Source: Planctomycetota bacterium (GTDB lineage Bacteria > Planctomycetota > B15-G4). From it: 64,000 nt of DNA. The position numbers and the translations under genes are program-made. Every line of letters starts with the position of its first letter. Position 1 is the stretch's first letter. Under the pieces are notes generated by a model. The model was not told the origin of the DNA, made no database searches, and saw nothing but the letters and a program-made list of their open reading frames with translations. The stretch lies in assembly GCA_965248575.1 (NCBI GenBank), contig CBDFJQ010000002.1:4480001-4544000 (forward strand), given 5' to 3'. Below, piece by piece: positions 29,149-38,378 of the stretch.

Positions 29149-29329
29149 CGTTTGGTTCTCTTTGGATGCGGGTACATACCTAGGTAGAAGCTATTCCGCG
29201 ACCTCGCGGGACCTTCTAATCGTGGTCCTTGCGCACCAGGTCGGCGACGGCGACGGCCACGGCTTCTGCGAAGTCGTTACGGCGGTCCGCGGTCGCGAAC
29301 TGGCATGCGACAGGCCGGTAGTCCAACAG

Positions 29330-30061
29330 TCAACGGTCACCAGTCACTAGTGCAGGTGCTTTCTCGTCGAGCGCTCCACGGTAAGTCACGAATGGCCGCA
29401 GCTCGACGCGCAGCTCGCCGGAGCGGACGTCCGGTGCGGAGGCGACGATCTCCTCCAGTGTCTTCAAGTCTGCGCTGCGGAAGAGGAGCATGCCGCAAGG
29501 ATCTTTGCAGTCCAGGGGACCGCCCACTGCGAGATGACGGCCGCTCTCGCCATCGAGCTTGGCGAGGTGTCGTGCCAAGCGCGTCACAGCGGCGGCATGC
29601 GCGAAGCCCTGGCCGACACCAGCATGACCGCCGTTCTCACCAGGACCAACGAGGCCTATCGCGTACTGACCCAAGCTGGAGGGTTCGTAGGGCTTGCCGA
29701 GCGCACCCACAGTCATGTGCCAAGAGTTTGAGCGCATGACCATCAAACCCTCCGCGATATAGGGATCGGACGCAAAGGCGGCCGAGAGCTGTCTTGGCCC
29801 ATCAATCGCCATCACGATGATCCCTCGCAACGGGCGGGCGTTCTGCACTGGTCCAGCGAGCCTGTTGTGTCCGTCTGCGGCGAGCTGCCGTAGGTTCGCC
29901 ACGTGCAGCTCCTGCATCGACGCGATCTCGTCGGGCGAGTAGCTGGACGCGTCCTTCCCGGTCTCAAGGAAGATCAGCTCATACGTCGTCGCTGGGCTAG
30001 CCCTCTCGGGCATCGCTCCACATGCTGCGAGAGCCACGGCTGCCAGGATGGGAACTCTCAT
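29330..30061 (-). CDS. Tandem YCII-related lipoprotein
   Basis: ALAAC lipobox; H.ANL..L...G..RLAGP..DPYIAEG, with a second degenerate copy. Confidence 0.75.
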   Translation of the reverse strand: MRVPILAAVALAACGAMPERASPATTYELIFLETGKDASSYSPDEIASMQELHVANLRQLAADGHNRLAGPVQNARPLRGIIVMAIDGPRQLSAAFASDPYIAEGLMVMRSNSWHMTVGALGKPYEPSSLGQYAIGLVGPGENGGHAGVGQGFAHAAAVTRLARHLAKLDGESGRHLAVGGPLDCKDPCGMLLFRSADLKTLEEIVASAPDVRSGELRVELRPFVTYRGALDEKAPALVTGDR

Positions 30062-30215
30062 CGGCCTATGAGATCCCCGCTTCTTTACCGATCGCGCGGC
30101 GGATCACGCTCCGCCGTTCCCCGTCACGTGCAGGCGCCGGAAGTCAGCGACACGCGCGGCATTCACCCGATCAGCCGACCAGCTCGGTGCCGTTGTGTGA
30201 GAGCTGTGCACCAGG

Positions 30216-31145
30216 CTACTCCTCTCCCGCGGCCAGGGGAGTGGGGCCGTAGTAGGTCGCGTCCTCAACGATCTTCCCGCCCCGGATCGTTAAGAACGCG
30301 GCAATCCTCAGCTCGCGGGCCTCGACCGCGTCGTTGTCATCGGTCCCAGTCCAAGACGCCGTGAACTCGATAGCAGCTCGATTGCGCTCGATCGCGATCG
30401 ATCGAATCGAATCGTGAACATCTGGCAGTCCCTGGAAGATGTCCGCGTAGATCTTGCGGACCACCTGCGCCCCCTTTCGGGGCGTGGGATGATCCGAATT
30501 GATATGCACGACATCAGGATGATCGTGGGCCATGACACCATCCAGGTCATGAGCGTTGAAGGCACTGAAGAGATCAGCCACGACTTCGCGCACCGGCGAT
30601 GATGTCGGTCCGTCTGACTCTGGTCGACGTTCTTTCCAGATCACGTTCACGATCTGCCACTCTCCCTCGATAAGGGCGACCTGACAGACGTCGATCAGTT
30701 GGGCGGAGACGACTTCAATCCCTGCCATGTCGCCGTGTCGCCAAAGAACGCGTGTTTCGATGTCCCAGTCTTTCCTGGGCATTCGGCCGTAGCCGAGACT
30801 CGCTCCCTCGACCATCCGCTCCTTGTCGGCGTCGATGAGCCGCACGACTCCTGTGCCAGGGTCCCGGAGCACGCCCCTCTTTGCGAGCCCGGCATGGAGG
30901 ACCTGATCCATCTTGATCGGATCGGCCCCGTACCAGGCTTCCAGCATCTGGGCACAGACCCGCTCTGCTTCCGGACACTCATCCAACGTCGCGGGTTCCT
31001 CTGAGGCCATGACCGAGTCCATGGCTGGGGCCACCGGGTTTGCTTCCGAGATGCTTGCGCATCCAAAGAGGAGGAGGGATCCAACCGCCACCCAGAGTCC
31101 GAGGTCGGCCGTCGTTCCAGCGGCTGTCCGCTGTGTCTTCGTCAT
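30216..31145 (-). CDS. Lipoprotein with lumazine-binding-like and SnoaL NTF2 domains
   Basis: LLFGC lipobox; LHAGLAKRG..GEWQIVNVIW; FNAHDLD..HPDV..FLTIRGGKIVE. Confidence 0.75.
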   Translation of the reverse strand: MTKTQRTAAGTTADLGLWVAVGSLLLFGCASISEANPVAPAMDSVMASEEPATLDECPEAERVCAQMLEAWYGADPIKMDQVLHAGLAKRGVLRDPGTGVVRLIDADKERMVEGASLGYGRMPRKDWDIETRVLWRHGDMAGIEVVSAQLIDVCQVALIEGEWQIVNVIWKERRPESDGPTSSPVREVVADLFSAFNAHDLDGVMAHDHPDVVHINSDHPTPRKGAQVVRKIYADIFQGLPDVHDSIRSIAIERNRAAIEFTASWTGTDDNDAVEARELRIAAFLTIRGGKIVEDATYYGPTPLAAGEE

Positions 31146-31596
31146 GTCCGGAACTCTCTTGATTGGTCTCGTGGATGGAAGTGCCTCGGTCGTGACGATC
31201 TTCACCACGGCTTAATCAAGACCCTGCGACGCCCGTATGTCAAGCAGGCAGGATGTGGTGTGAAAGGCACCATGCGGTAACTATTGAAGACATACACCAC
31301 GAGGCGGGATGCTCTTGAGAGAAGTTCTTTCCGGTAATCTCTGTCTTGTCCGACGCCACGAAACCGTCGTCAAGAAACCGCAAGAGATCTTGTCGTTCTA
31401 TCGGGACGTCATTCATTGTGAGCGACGGGTGGACAGCAAGACGCGACCGCGTCGACGCATCCACATGGCCCGCTCGGCTGCCTCCAGTTCCGATTCGGAA
31501 GTTGGTGTGATGTCGGCGGGCGAGCAACCAATCCTTGTCACACTTTGACTTATTCAGCACGACCTCAAGAAGGCGGTCACGAAGGGCCCATCAACC

Positions 31597-32322
31597 ATGT
31601 CGTCACTCGATCTCCCGACCGACGAGACCATCCGTCTACTTGAGCGACACCTGCCCGACACCCCGGTGCGGATCCTGGAGGTCGGCGCCGGGGAAGGTCG
31701 GCTCGCGGTAGCGCTCGCTGCTCGTGGGCATGATGTGGTCGCGCTCGACTCGGACCCGGCTGCCGTCAAAGCAGCGCGTCTTCGTGGAGCTGACGCACGC
31801 TACGCGTCTTGGCCGGAGCATGATGTCCACACAACATTCGACGTCGTCTTGTTCACGCGGTCGCTGCACCACATGGAATCAGTTGGAGCCGCGCTTGACG
31901 CTGTGCGAGAGGTCCTCGCACCGGGCGGGTGGATCGCCGTCGAAGACCTGGCATGGGAAGAGGTCGATGCCAAGAGCGCGACTCTCACTGCGCGGCTCGT
32001 CGCCTACGCGCGCGGGGTTGGCTGGGAAGTAGACGATGACTGGCCAGGGCTAGAGGACGACGCACTGGCGCACTGGCTGAGGCAGCAACGCAAACACGGC
32101 CTGCACACTTGGAGCGCCCAGCGGGAAGGCCTGATGGCGCGGTTCAGGACGCTGCAGGAGGCTCCTGGGCCATACATCTATCGCTACTTTGCCCACTATT
32201 TGGCCAGTTACCCAAACGGTCGGGCCGGCGTCGAGGCGGTACTGGCATTCGAGCGAGCTCTCATCGAGCAGGGCGCACTCGGTGCATTGGGCCGATTCTG
32301 GGTGGGCGAGAATCCTTCCTGA
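31597..32322 (+). CDS. Class I SAM-dependent methyltransferase
   Basis: ILEVGAGEG, VVALD, FDVVLFTRSLHH, LAPGG. Confidence 0.9.
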   Translation: MSSLDLPTDETIRLLERHLPDTPVRILEVGAGEGRLAVALAARGHDVVALDSDPAAVKAARLRGADARYASWPEHDVHTTFDVVLFTRSLHHMESVGAALDAVREVLAPGGWIAVEDLAWEEVDAKSATLTARLVAYARGVGWEVDDDWPGLEDDALAHWLRQQRKHGLHTWSAQREGLMARFRTLQEAPGPYIYRYFAHYLASYPNGRAGVEAVLAFERALIEQGALGALGRFWVGENPS

Positions 32323-32482
32323 TTGATGCGCCACGGCGGGTCCGTCGGGCGATCAGGGCCTCTGGCCTATCCGCGGGCCCCTCTGCGGGGCGGGGGCGTC
32401 GCGCTTGAACCTGGAGGGTTTCGGCCTCGCGCGTTTCCGTCAGCGAGAGTCTCCGCTGCTACAGCGGGCTCACTCTCGGGCG

Positions 32483-32899
32483 TCACTCGTGGACGACGTC
32501 GTCAGCGTGTCCTGAGGGCGCGGGCGCCGCACCGTCGGGTGAATCGCTGACTGTGGGTGTGTTGACGCAGCGACGCTTCAAGTGGTCACTCCCCCAACTG
32601 CACAGCAGGTCGACGACTGGGGCGAGACTGCGACCGTATTCGGTCAGGGAATACTCCACCCGGGGTGGGACCTCAGAGTGCGCCGTACGAGCCACGATCC
32701 CGTGCTCCTGAAGCTGGCGCAGTTCGGCCGTCAGCACCTTCTGGCTGATTTGTGGAAGCGAGCGCTGGAGCGCCCCGAATCGCCCAATCCCCTTGCTCAA
32801 GCGCCACCAGATGATGCCTTTCCACTTACTACCAATCACACGGAGCGCCGCGGTCAAGGGGCACTTCTCAGCATCGTATTGAAAGACCTCGTCGCTCAC
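32483..32899 (-). CDS. HxlR family transcriptional regulator
   Basis: CPLTAALRVIGSKWK..RFGAL..ISQKVL..VPPRVEYSLT; GTG overlaps the VOC stop. Confidence 0.9.
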   Translation of the reverse strand: MSDEVFQYDAEKCPLTAALRVIGSKWKGIIWWRLSKGIGRFGALQRSLPQISQKVLTAELRQLQEHGIVARTAHSEVPPRVEYSLTEYGRSLAPVVDLLCSWGSDHLKRRCVNTPTVSDSPDGAAPAPSGHADDVVHE

Positions 32900-33375
32900 G
32901 ACTGCCCGCCCCTCGTCGTGAAGACAGTCTCGTGATCGACGAAACAGATCTTGTTGCCAAACGGATCGACCAAGTAGAAGGAGCGTTCGCCCCACGGCTG
33001 CGTAGCAATGCCGTCGTCGAGCTGGCTGCAACCCGCAGCCTTGCATCTGGAATATGTGTCTTCGAGATCGTCGACGGCAAAGTAGAGCTGTCCGGGGTTG
33101 GGGCTGGCATCCCAAGAGTCTCCATCGGCCCGCGGGTCAAAGCATGCGAGAATCGTCCCACCGCATTTGAAGTAGTGGCGCCCCGGCGACACGCGCTCAC
33201 CTTCGATCGCCAGCACTCGCGCGTAGAAACGCGCGGCATCGTCGATGTTGGAGACGGGCAGGATGATTCGGAACAGATTCGGCGACATGACGTCTCCAGG
33301 ACTGGGCGCAGCGTGTTCGATGGCCGCACAGGAAGACGGCAGGATGCAGAGGATCAGTGCGATGAGGAGCTTCAT
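32896..33375 (-). CDS. VOC/glyoxalase family protein (possible lipoprotein)
   Basis: LPVSNIDDAARFY, LYFAVDDL, PWGERSFYLVDPFGN; LPSSC leader. Confidence 0.85.
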   Translation of the reverse strand: MKLLIALILCILPSSCAAIEHAAPSPGDVMSPNLFRIILPVSNIDDAARFYARVLAIEGERVSPGRHYFKCGGTILACFDPRADGDSWDASPNPGQLYFAVDDLEDTYSRCKAAGCSQLDDGIATQPWGERSFYLVDPFGNKICFVDHETVFTTRGGQS

Positions 33376-33463
33376 GCCGTCCATTCAAGCGGGGTATTGT
33401 TCCACCTGTCAAGGAGGCACAAATAGGTGCCTTGCCCAGAGAGATAGAAGGTCACGATCGCCC

Positions 33464-35047
33464 TCAATCCTGCTCCTCGCCGTACTCCGCCTGGAGCTCC
33501 CGCAGGCGCCGCTCGAGGCCGGAGCGGATCTCCGCATATTCCGGGTCATCGGCGACGCTGTGCAGCTCGAGCGGGTCGGTCTCGAGGTCGTACAGCTCCC
33601 AGCTGTCCCACTCCGGTTCGTGGAAGTGCATGAGCTTGTAGCGGTCTGTGCGCACGCCCACATGTGCCGCGACTCGGTGCGTGGCGCGCGACTCGGTGTA
33701 GCGGTAGTAGATCGCGTCGCGCCAGTCGTCGGGCGTCTCGCCGCGCAGCAGTGGCACGAGGCTCTGGCCATGAAGCGGCCTGTCGGTGTCCACGCCGGCC
33801 AGCTCGAGGAAGGTGGGGGCGTAGTCGATGTTCTGGACGAATGAGGTCACCTCGCGGCCGGGCGTGCCGTTCCCCGGCCAGCGCACGATGAGCGGCATGG
33901 CAAGGCTCTCTTCGTACATCCAGCGCTTGTCGTACCAGCCGTGCTCGCCCAGATAGAAGCCCTGGTCTGAGCTGTAGACCACCACGGTGTTCGCGGCGAT
34001 CTTCGGGTGGTCGGCCAGCCAGTCCAGCATCCGGCCGACGCTTCGGTCGACGCCCGCCACGCAGCGCAGGTAGTTCTTCACGTAGCGTTGGTACTTCCAG
34101 CGCACGAGGTCGTCGCCCGTCGGCGGGTCTGCGGCGAAGGCGGCGTTTTCCGCCGCGTAGGCGGCGTCCCAGGCGGCCAGCTGCTTCTCCGACAACCGTG
34201 CGCGCATGCCCTTTACCCAGGAGTCAGGGCCCTCGAGCGCGGAGATCTCCTCGGGCAGGTCGAGCTTCAGGTCGTAGTGCTTGGTGAGGTGGCGTGCGAT
34301 CTCCATCTCCTGGTCCGCGGCCGGCCCGCTGCGACCGGTGTAGTCGTCGAAGAGCGTGGGCGGCTCCGGCAGGTCGGCGTCGCGGTAGAGGCCGAGTTCG
34401 TCGGGGCCGGGCATCCATGAGCGGTGCGGCGCCTTGTGCTGGCACATGAGCAGGAAGGGCGCGTCGTCGTCGTGGACGGTCTCTAGCCAATCCAGCGCGA
34501 GGTCTGTCGTCAGCTCCGTGACGTGACCGGCGATGCGCACCTCGCCCTCGGGCGTGCGGAAGTCGGGGTTGTAGTACTGGCCTTGGCCCGGGAGCACGCG
34601 CCAGTAGTCGAAGCCCGTGGGGTCGCCAGCCAGGTGCCACTTGCCGATCAGCGCCGTGTTGTAGCCCGCGGCCTGCAGCTCCTTCGGGAACGTCGGCTGG
34701 CTGCCGTCGAAGGTGTTGCCGTTCTGCAGCACGCCGTTGGCCGCGCTGTGCAGCCCGGTGAGCACTGTCGCCCGGCTGGGAGCGCAGATGGAGTTGCCGC
34801 AAAAGCTGTTGCGGAACAGCACGCCTTCGGCCGCAAGCCGGTCGATGTTCGGCGTCTCGTTGATCACCGAGCCGTACGCGCCGATGGCCTGCGTTGCGTG
34901 GTCGTCGGCGAAGATGAACAGGATGTTGGGGCGGGTGGGGGTGATCGATTGCGCGATCAGCGGGGCCGGTGGTGTTCCAAGGGGCGCGAGTGCGATCAGC
35001 AGCAGGGCACGCAGGAGACGAGTCGGGTGCTGGCTTTGGGTGAGCAT
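33464..35047 (-). CDS. Secreted formylglycine-dependent (S1) sulfatase
   Basis: PNILFIFADDH, CAPSRATVLTG, GKWHL, SSDQGFYLGEHG, DKRWMYEES. Confidence 0.95.
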   Translation of the reverse strand: MLTQSQHPTRLLRALLLIALAPLGTPPAPLIAQSITPTRPNILFIFADDHATQAIGAYGSVINETPNIDRLAAEGVLFRNSFCGNSICAPSRATVLTGLHSAANGVLQNGNTFDGSQPTFPKELQAAGYNTALIGKWHLAGDPTGFDYWRVLPGQGQYYNPDFRTPEGEVRIAGHVTELTTDLALDWLETVHDDDAPFLLMCQHKAPHRSWMPGPDELGLYRDADLPEPPTLFDDYTGRSGPAADQEMEIARHLTKHYDLKLDLPEEISALEGPDSWVKGMRARLSEKQLAAWDAAYAAENAAFAADPPTGDDLVRWKYQRYVKNYLRCVAGVDRSVGRMLDWLADHPKIAANTVVVYSSDQGFYLGEHGWYDKRWMYEESLAMPLIVRWPGNGTPGREVTSFVQNIDYAPTFLELAGVDTDRPLHGQSLVPLLRGETPDDWRDAIYYRYTESRATHRVAAHVGVRTDRYKLMHFHEPEWDSWELYDLETDPLELHSVADDPEYAEIRSGLERRLRELQAEYGEEQD

Positions 35048-35276
35048 GGGCACACGGTACCGGAGGAGGGTGCACAGCCCGAATAGAGCAGTTCCCACGT
35101 GCAGTATTCACACAGCTCAGTTGGTGAGGAGTCTTCCTTCCGATGTTCCGGTTCGTGGCGGAGAACCCACGGCTCGCGCTGACACCTCCGCAGTGGTCGG
35201 AACGCCGTCGGGGTAGACAGGGGACTCGAAAAGTTTCAGGGGCGCGTACAATGCCGACGATGCGCGAGGCTGCTGA

Positions 35277-36635
35277 ATGATGGGAGATGTGAACAGTTCT
35301 TCTGGAAGGGTCGTTCGTCGGGCGCCTGGCCCGAGCGCCTTCAATTACCTGGGCGGATGCCTGTCCTTCCTGCGCGACCCCCTCGCGTACTTCCTTGAGA
35401 TGCAAGCGGAGTGGGGCGGCGTCGTGCGGGGGCGCGTCGGGCCGCTCCTGTTCCACACGCTGTTCGACCCGCGACTCGTGCGCGAGGCGTTGGTCGATCA
35501 CCACGACCAGCTCACCAAGCGTGGGGTGGTCGATGAGCTGATTCCTCTGCTCGGCAACGGGTTGCTCGTGAGCGAGGGGGCGCAGTGGAAGGGTCGCCGC
35601 GACGGCATCGCTCCGATGCTCGCGCGTCAAGCGCTGGGCCCGCTCGTGGAGGCGATGGAGATCGAGGCCGACGCGGTGGTCGATCGCTGGGACGCCGCCC
35701 GAGCTCGCGGAGAGCCCGTCAACGCATCCGCCGATGCCATGCACTTTGCCATCGCCGTGATCGGTCGCGCGCTGTTCGGTCTGGACCTGGGTCGCAGTGC
35801 AGGCAGGATCTCGGAGGCGGTGGAGACGGTGGCGCGCCTCGCGTACGACCGGTCAAAATCCCTGGTGCGACTTCCGTTGGGTGTTCCGACGCCCGTCAAT
35901 CGCGCCTACCGTGCGGCGATCGCGGAGCTCGATACCATCGTCTATGGAGCGCTGCGCGACGGGTCATCCGACCGGAGCTGCCTCTTGCCGCGGTTGCGCG
36001 AACTGACAGATCCGTTGAGCGGCGCAAGCCTTGGGGACCGCGATCTGCGTGACGAGGCCATGAGTCTATTGCTGGCCGGACACGAGACGACGGCCAACAC
36101 CCTGGCCTGGGCGTTCGATCACCTCTCGCGCGACGCCGGGTTGCAGGAGCGGATACGCGGCGAGCTGCAGGGCGGTCGCCCGCCGCCCGAGAACGGCGAA
36201 GCGCTCGGCCTCGCTCCCGTGCCGGTCCTCGACGCCGTGATCTCGGAGACGCTGCGACTTGCACCGCCGGCCTGGATCATCATGCGCCGCGCCCTCAACC
36301 CGTTCGAACTCGATGGCTACACGATTCCGAGACGCTCTTTCGTCGGCATTCCCATCTTCGCCATCCAGCGCAATCCGGATCACTGGCCCGAGCCCGAACG
36401 CTTTCTCCCGGACCGGTTCCTGGACGTCAACGAACAGGACCAGCATGCCTTCCTGCCCTTCGGACTGGGACCACGGCGTTGTCCTGGAGAGTTCTTCGCA
36501 CGCGCCGAGACGCGCGTCCTGCTCTCGAAGCTGCTCGAACGCTTTCGCTTCAAGGGGATCGCCTCGGATCCGCCGAGGCCCGAACCCCTCGCGACGCTGC
36601 GCCCTGCTGAGTCCGTGCTCTTGCGGCTCCACTGA
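35277..36635 (+). CDS. Cytochrome P450
   Basis: AGHETT I-helix, ETLR, PERF, FGLGPRRCPG heme ligand. Confidence 0.95.
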   Translation: MMGDVNSSSGRVVRRAPGPSAFNYLGGCLSFLRDPLAYFLEMQAEWGGVVRGRVGPLLFHTLFDPRLVREALVDHHDQLTKRGVVDELIPLLGNGLLVSEGAQWKGRRDGIAPMLARQALGPLVEAMEIEADAVVDRWDAARARGEPVNASADAMHFAIAVIGRALFGLDLGRSAGRISEAVETVARLAYDRSKSLVRLPLGVPTPVNRAYRAAIAELDTIVYGALRDGSSDRSCLLPRLRELTDPLSGASLGDRDLRDEAMSLLLAGHETTANTLAWAFDHLSRDAGLQERIRGELQGGRPPPENGEALGLAPVPVLDAVISETLRLAPPAWIIMRRALNPFELDGYTIPRRSFVGIPIFAIQRNPDHWPEPERFLPDRFLDVNEQDQHAFLPFGLGPRRCPGEFFARAETRVLLSKLLERFRFKGIASDPPRPEPLATLRPAESVLLRLH

Positions 36636-36658
36636 AGCCGTACACGACGACACCGATT

Positions 36659-36814
36659 CCAGCAAGCACGACTCACCTCCACGCCTCGGAGCGCCCGGCC
36701 AACATGGGGATAGAGCGCCTGATCGTCATTCCTTATGAAACTCATGATGGCCGCACCCCGATGAACGGCCAGGTCGTCCGGGCGATGCGCAAGGGCCAAC
36801 TGAAGCGCAGCGTC
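36659..36814 (-). pseudogene. Diverged fragment copy of 24858-25014 (internal part of the 24763-25557 gene)
   Basis: Direct nucleotide match with scattered substitutions; DAALQLALAHRPDDLAVHRGAAIMSF vs DAALELALAHRPDDQAVHLGAAILSF. Confidence 0.85.
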
Positions 36815-36928
36815 ACACCTCGTCCGTTGGCGGCCCTCTATCCATGACGGCACTCGCCCCACGAATTGGGGACGGGGGGTGCTGCGTGTCACGACCCACC
36901 CCTTCATCCGGGAAATCCTCCCATGTTG
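36811..36928 (+). repeat. 118-bp copy of the M1 peptidase leader and start (38267-38384)
   Basis: CGTCACACCTCGTCCGTTGGCGGCCCTCT...CTCCCATGTTG occurs at both positions. Confidence 0.9.
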
Positions 36929-36996
36929 AGCGCCCCGCCCCTGCGTTTCCCTGCGATCCTTCGGGGTTCCGGCCTTCCGATTTCTGGAGTGGTGAG

Positions 36997-38145
36997 ATGA
37001 GCAGTTCGATCCGGGCGGTGACGCAACAGAGACTTTCGCCGGCCCTCGCAAGATTGCTGCTGTTGATCGGACTGCTGACGGGCGAGGTGGAGGCCGTCGC
37101 TCAGGTTCCCGCTTCCGGCGTGACCGCTGACGGTGCGGCGGTCGCCTCTGCAAAACCCGTCTACCCCGAAGAGGTCTGGGAGCGGATCACGGACCCTGCT
37201 GCTGCCGGCTTCAGCGCTGCTGGCCTAAAGCAGGTGCGCTCCTTCCTGGAGAGCCTCGATACCACCGGGGTGATGGTGGTGGTGGGGGGGCGTGTCCTGT
37301 TCGAGTACGGGGACCTGGAACAGCTGAGCTACATCGCGTCCTGCCGCAAGAGCATCCTGGCCATGCTCTACGGCAACTACGTGAAGGAGGGGGTCATTGA
37401 CCTGGACATGACCCTGGAAGAGATGGGGATGGACGACGTCCAGGGACTGCTGGAGCATGAGCGGCAGGCCACGGTGCTGGATCTCATCACGGCTCGTTCG
37501 GGGATCTATCACCCGGCCTCCAACCCGGGCGACAACACGGACCAGGCGCCGAAGCGCGGTTCGCAGCAGCCGGGGGAGTATTTCCTCTACAACAACTGGG
37601 ACTTCAATGCCGCCGGCGCGGTGTTCGAGCAGGAGACCGGAAAGAACATCTACGACGCCTTGCAGGAGGACCTGGTGAAGCCGCTGGGGATGCGAGACTT
37701 TGACCGCTCGGGACATCGCAAGAGCGGCGATGGCACGCTCTCCGTCAATATGGCCTATCACATGACCTTCTCCACCCGGGACATGGCGCGCCTGGGCTAC
37801 CTGATGCTGCGCCAGGGAAAGTGGAACGAAACCCAGGTCATTCCACAGGAGTGGTCCCAGCGGATCAGCAGCGTGTTCACTCCGATGCATGACATGAACC
37901 CCGAGAACTTCCGCGGCGGGCCCTACGGCTATGGGTTCATGTGGTGGGTGTGGGACGGACCACGGACTCCGGAACAGCTGAAGGGGGCCTACACGGCCAT
38001 GGGAGCCTTCGGCCAGTTCATCACGGTGATCCCGAAGCTGGATCTGGTGCTCGCGCACAAGACGGCGGTCCCTCCTTACGAGCGGAATGTGGGGCTTCAA
38101 GGGCTGTTGGGCATCATTGAACGCATCCTCGCCGCGCAACTCTGA
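36997..38145 (+). CDS. Serine hydrolase, beta-lactamase family
   Basis: SCRK, YNNWDFN, STRDMARLG, AMGAFGQ; signal peptide. Confidence 0.9.
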   Translation: MSSSIRAVTQQRLSPALARLLLLIGLLTGEVEAVAQVPASGVTADGAAVASAKPVYPEEVWERITDPAAAGFSAAGLKQVRSFLESLDTTGVMVVVGGRVLFEYGDLEQLSYIASCRKSILAMLYGNYVKEGVIDLDMTLEEMGMDDVQGLLEHERQATVLDLITARSGIYHPASNPGDNTDQAPKRGSQQPGEYFLYNNWDFNAAGAVFEQETGKNIYDALQEDLVKPLGMRDFDRSGHRKSGDGTLSVNMAYHMTFSTRDMARLGYLMLRQGKWNETQVIPQEWSQRISSVFTPMHDMNPENFRGGPYGYGFMWWVWDGPRTPEQLKGAYTAMGAFGQFITVIPKLDLVLAHKTAVPPYERNVGLQGLLGIIERILAAQL

Positions 38146-38378
38146 CCGCGGGGCTGCTCAGGACATCTGTTTGAGCTGCTCCCTGGCGGCGGGCCGGCGC
38201 ACTTCAGGATCGTTCGCTCCACGGCCCCCTCGCGTGCACGCGTCGTCACGTTTTCGTTTCCAGATCCGTCACACCTCGTCCGTTGGCGGCCCTCTCTCCA
38301 TGACGGCACGTGCCCCACGAGTCAGCGACGGGAGGAGCTGCGTGTCACGACCCACCCCACCATCCGGGAGAACCTCCC

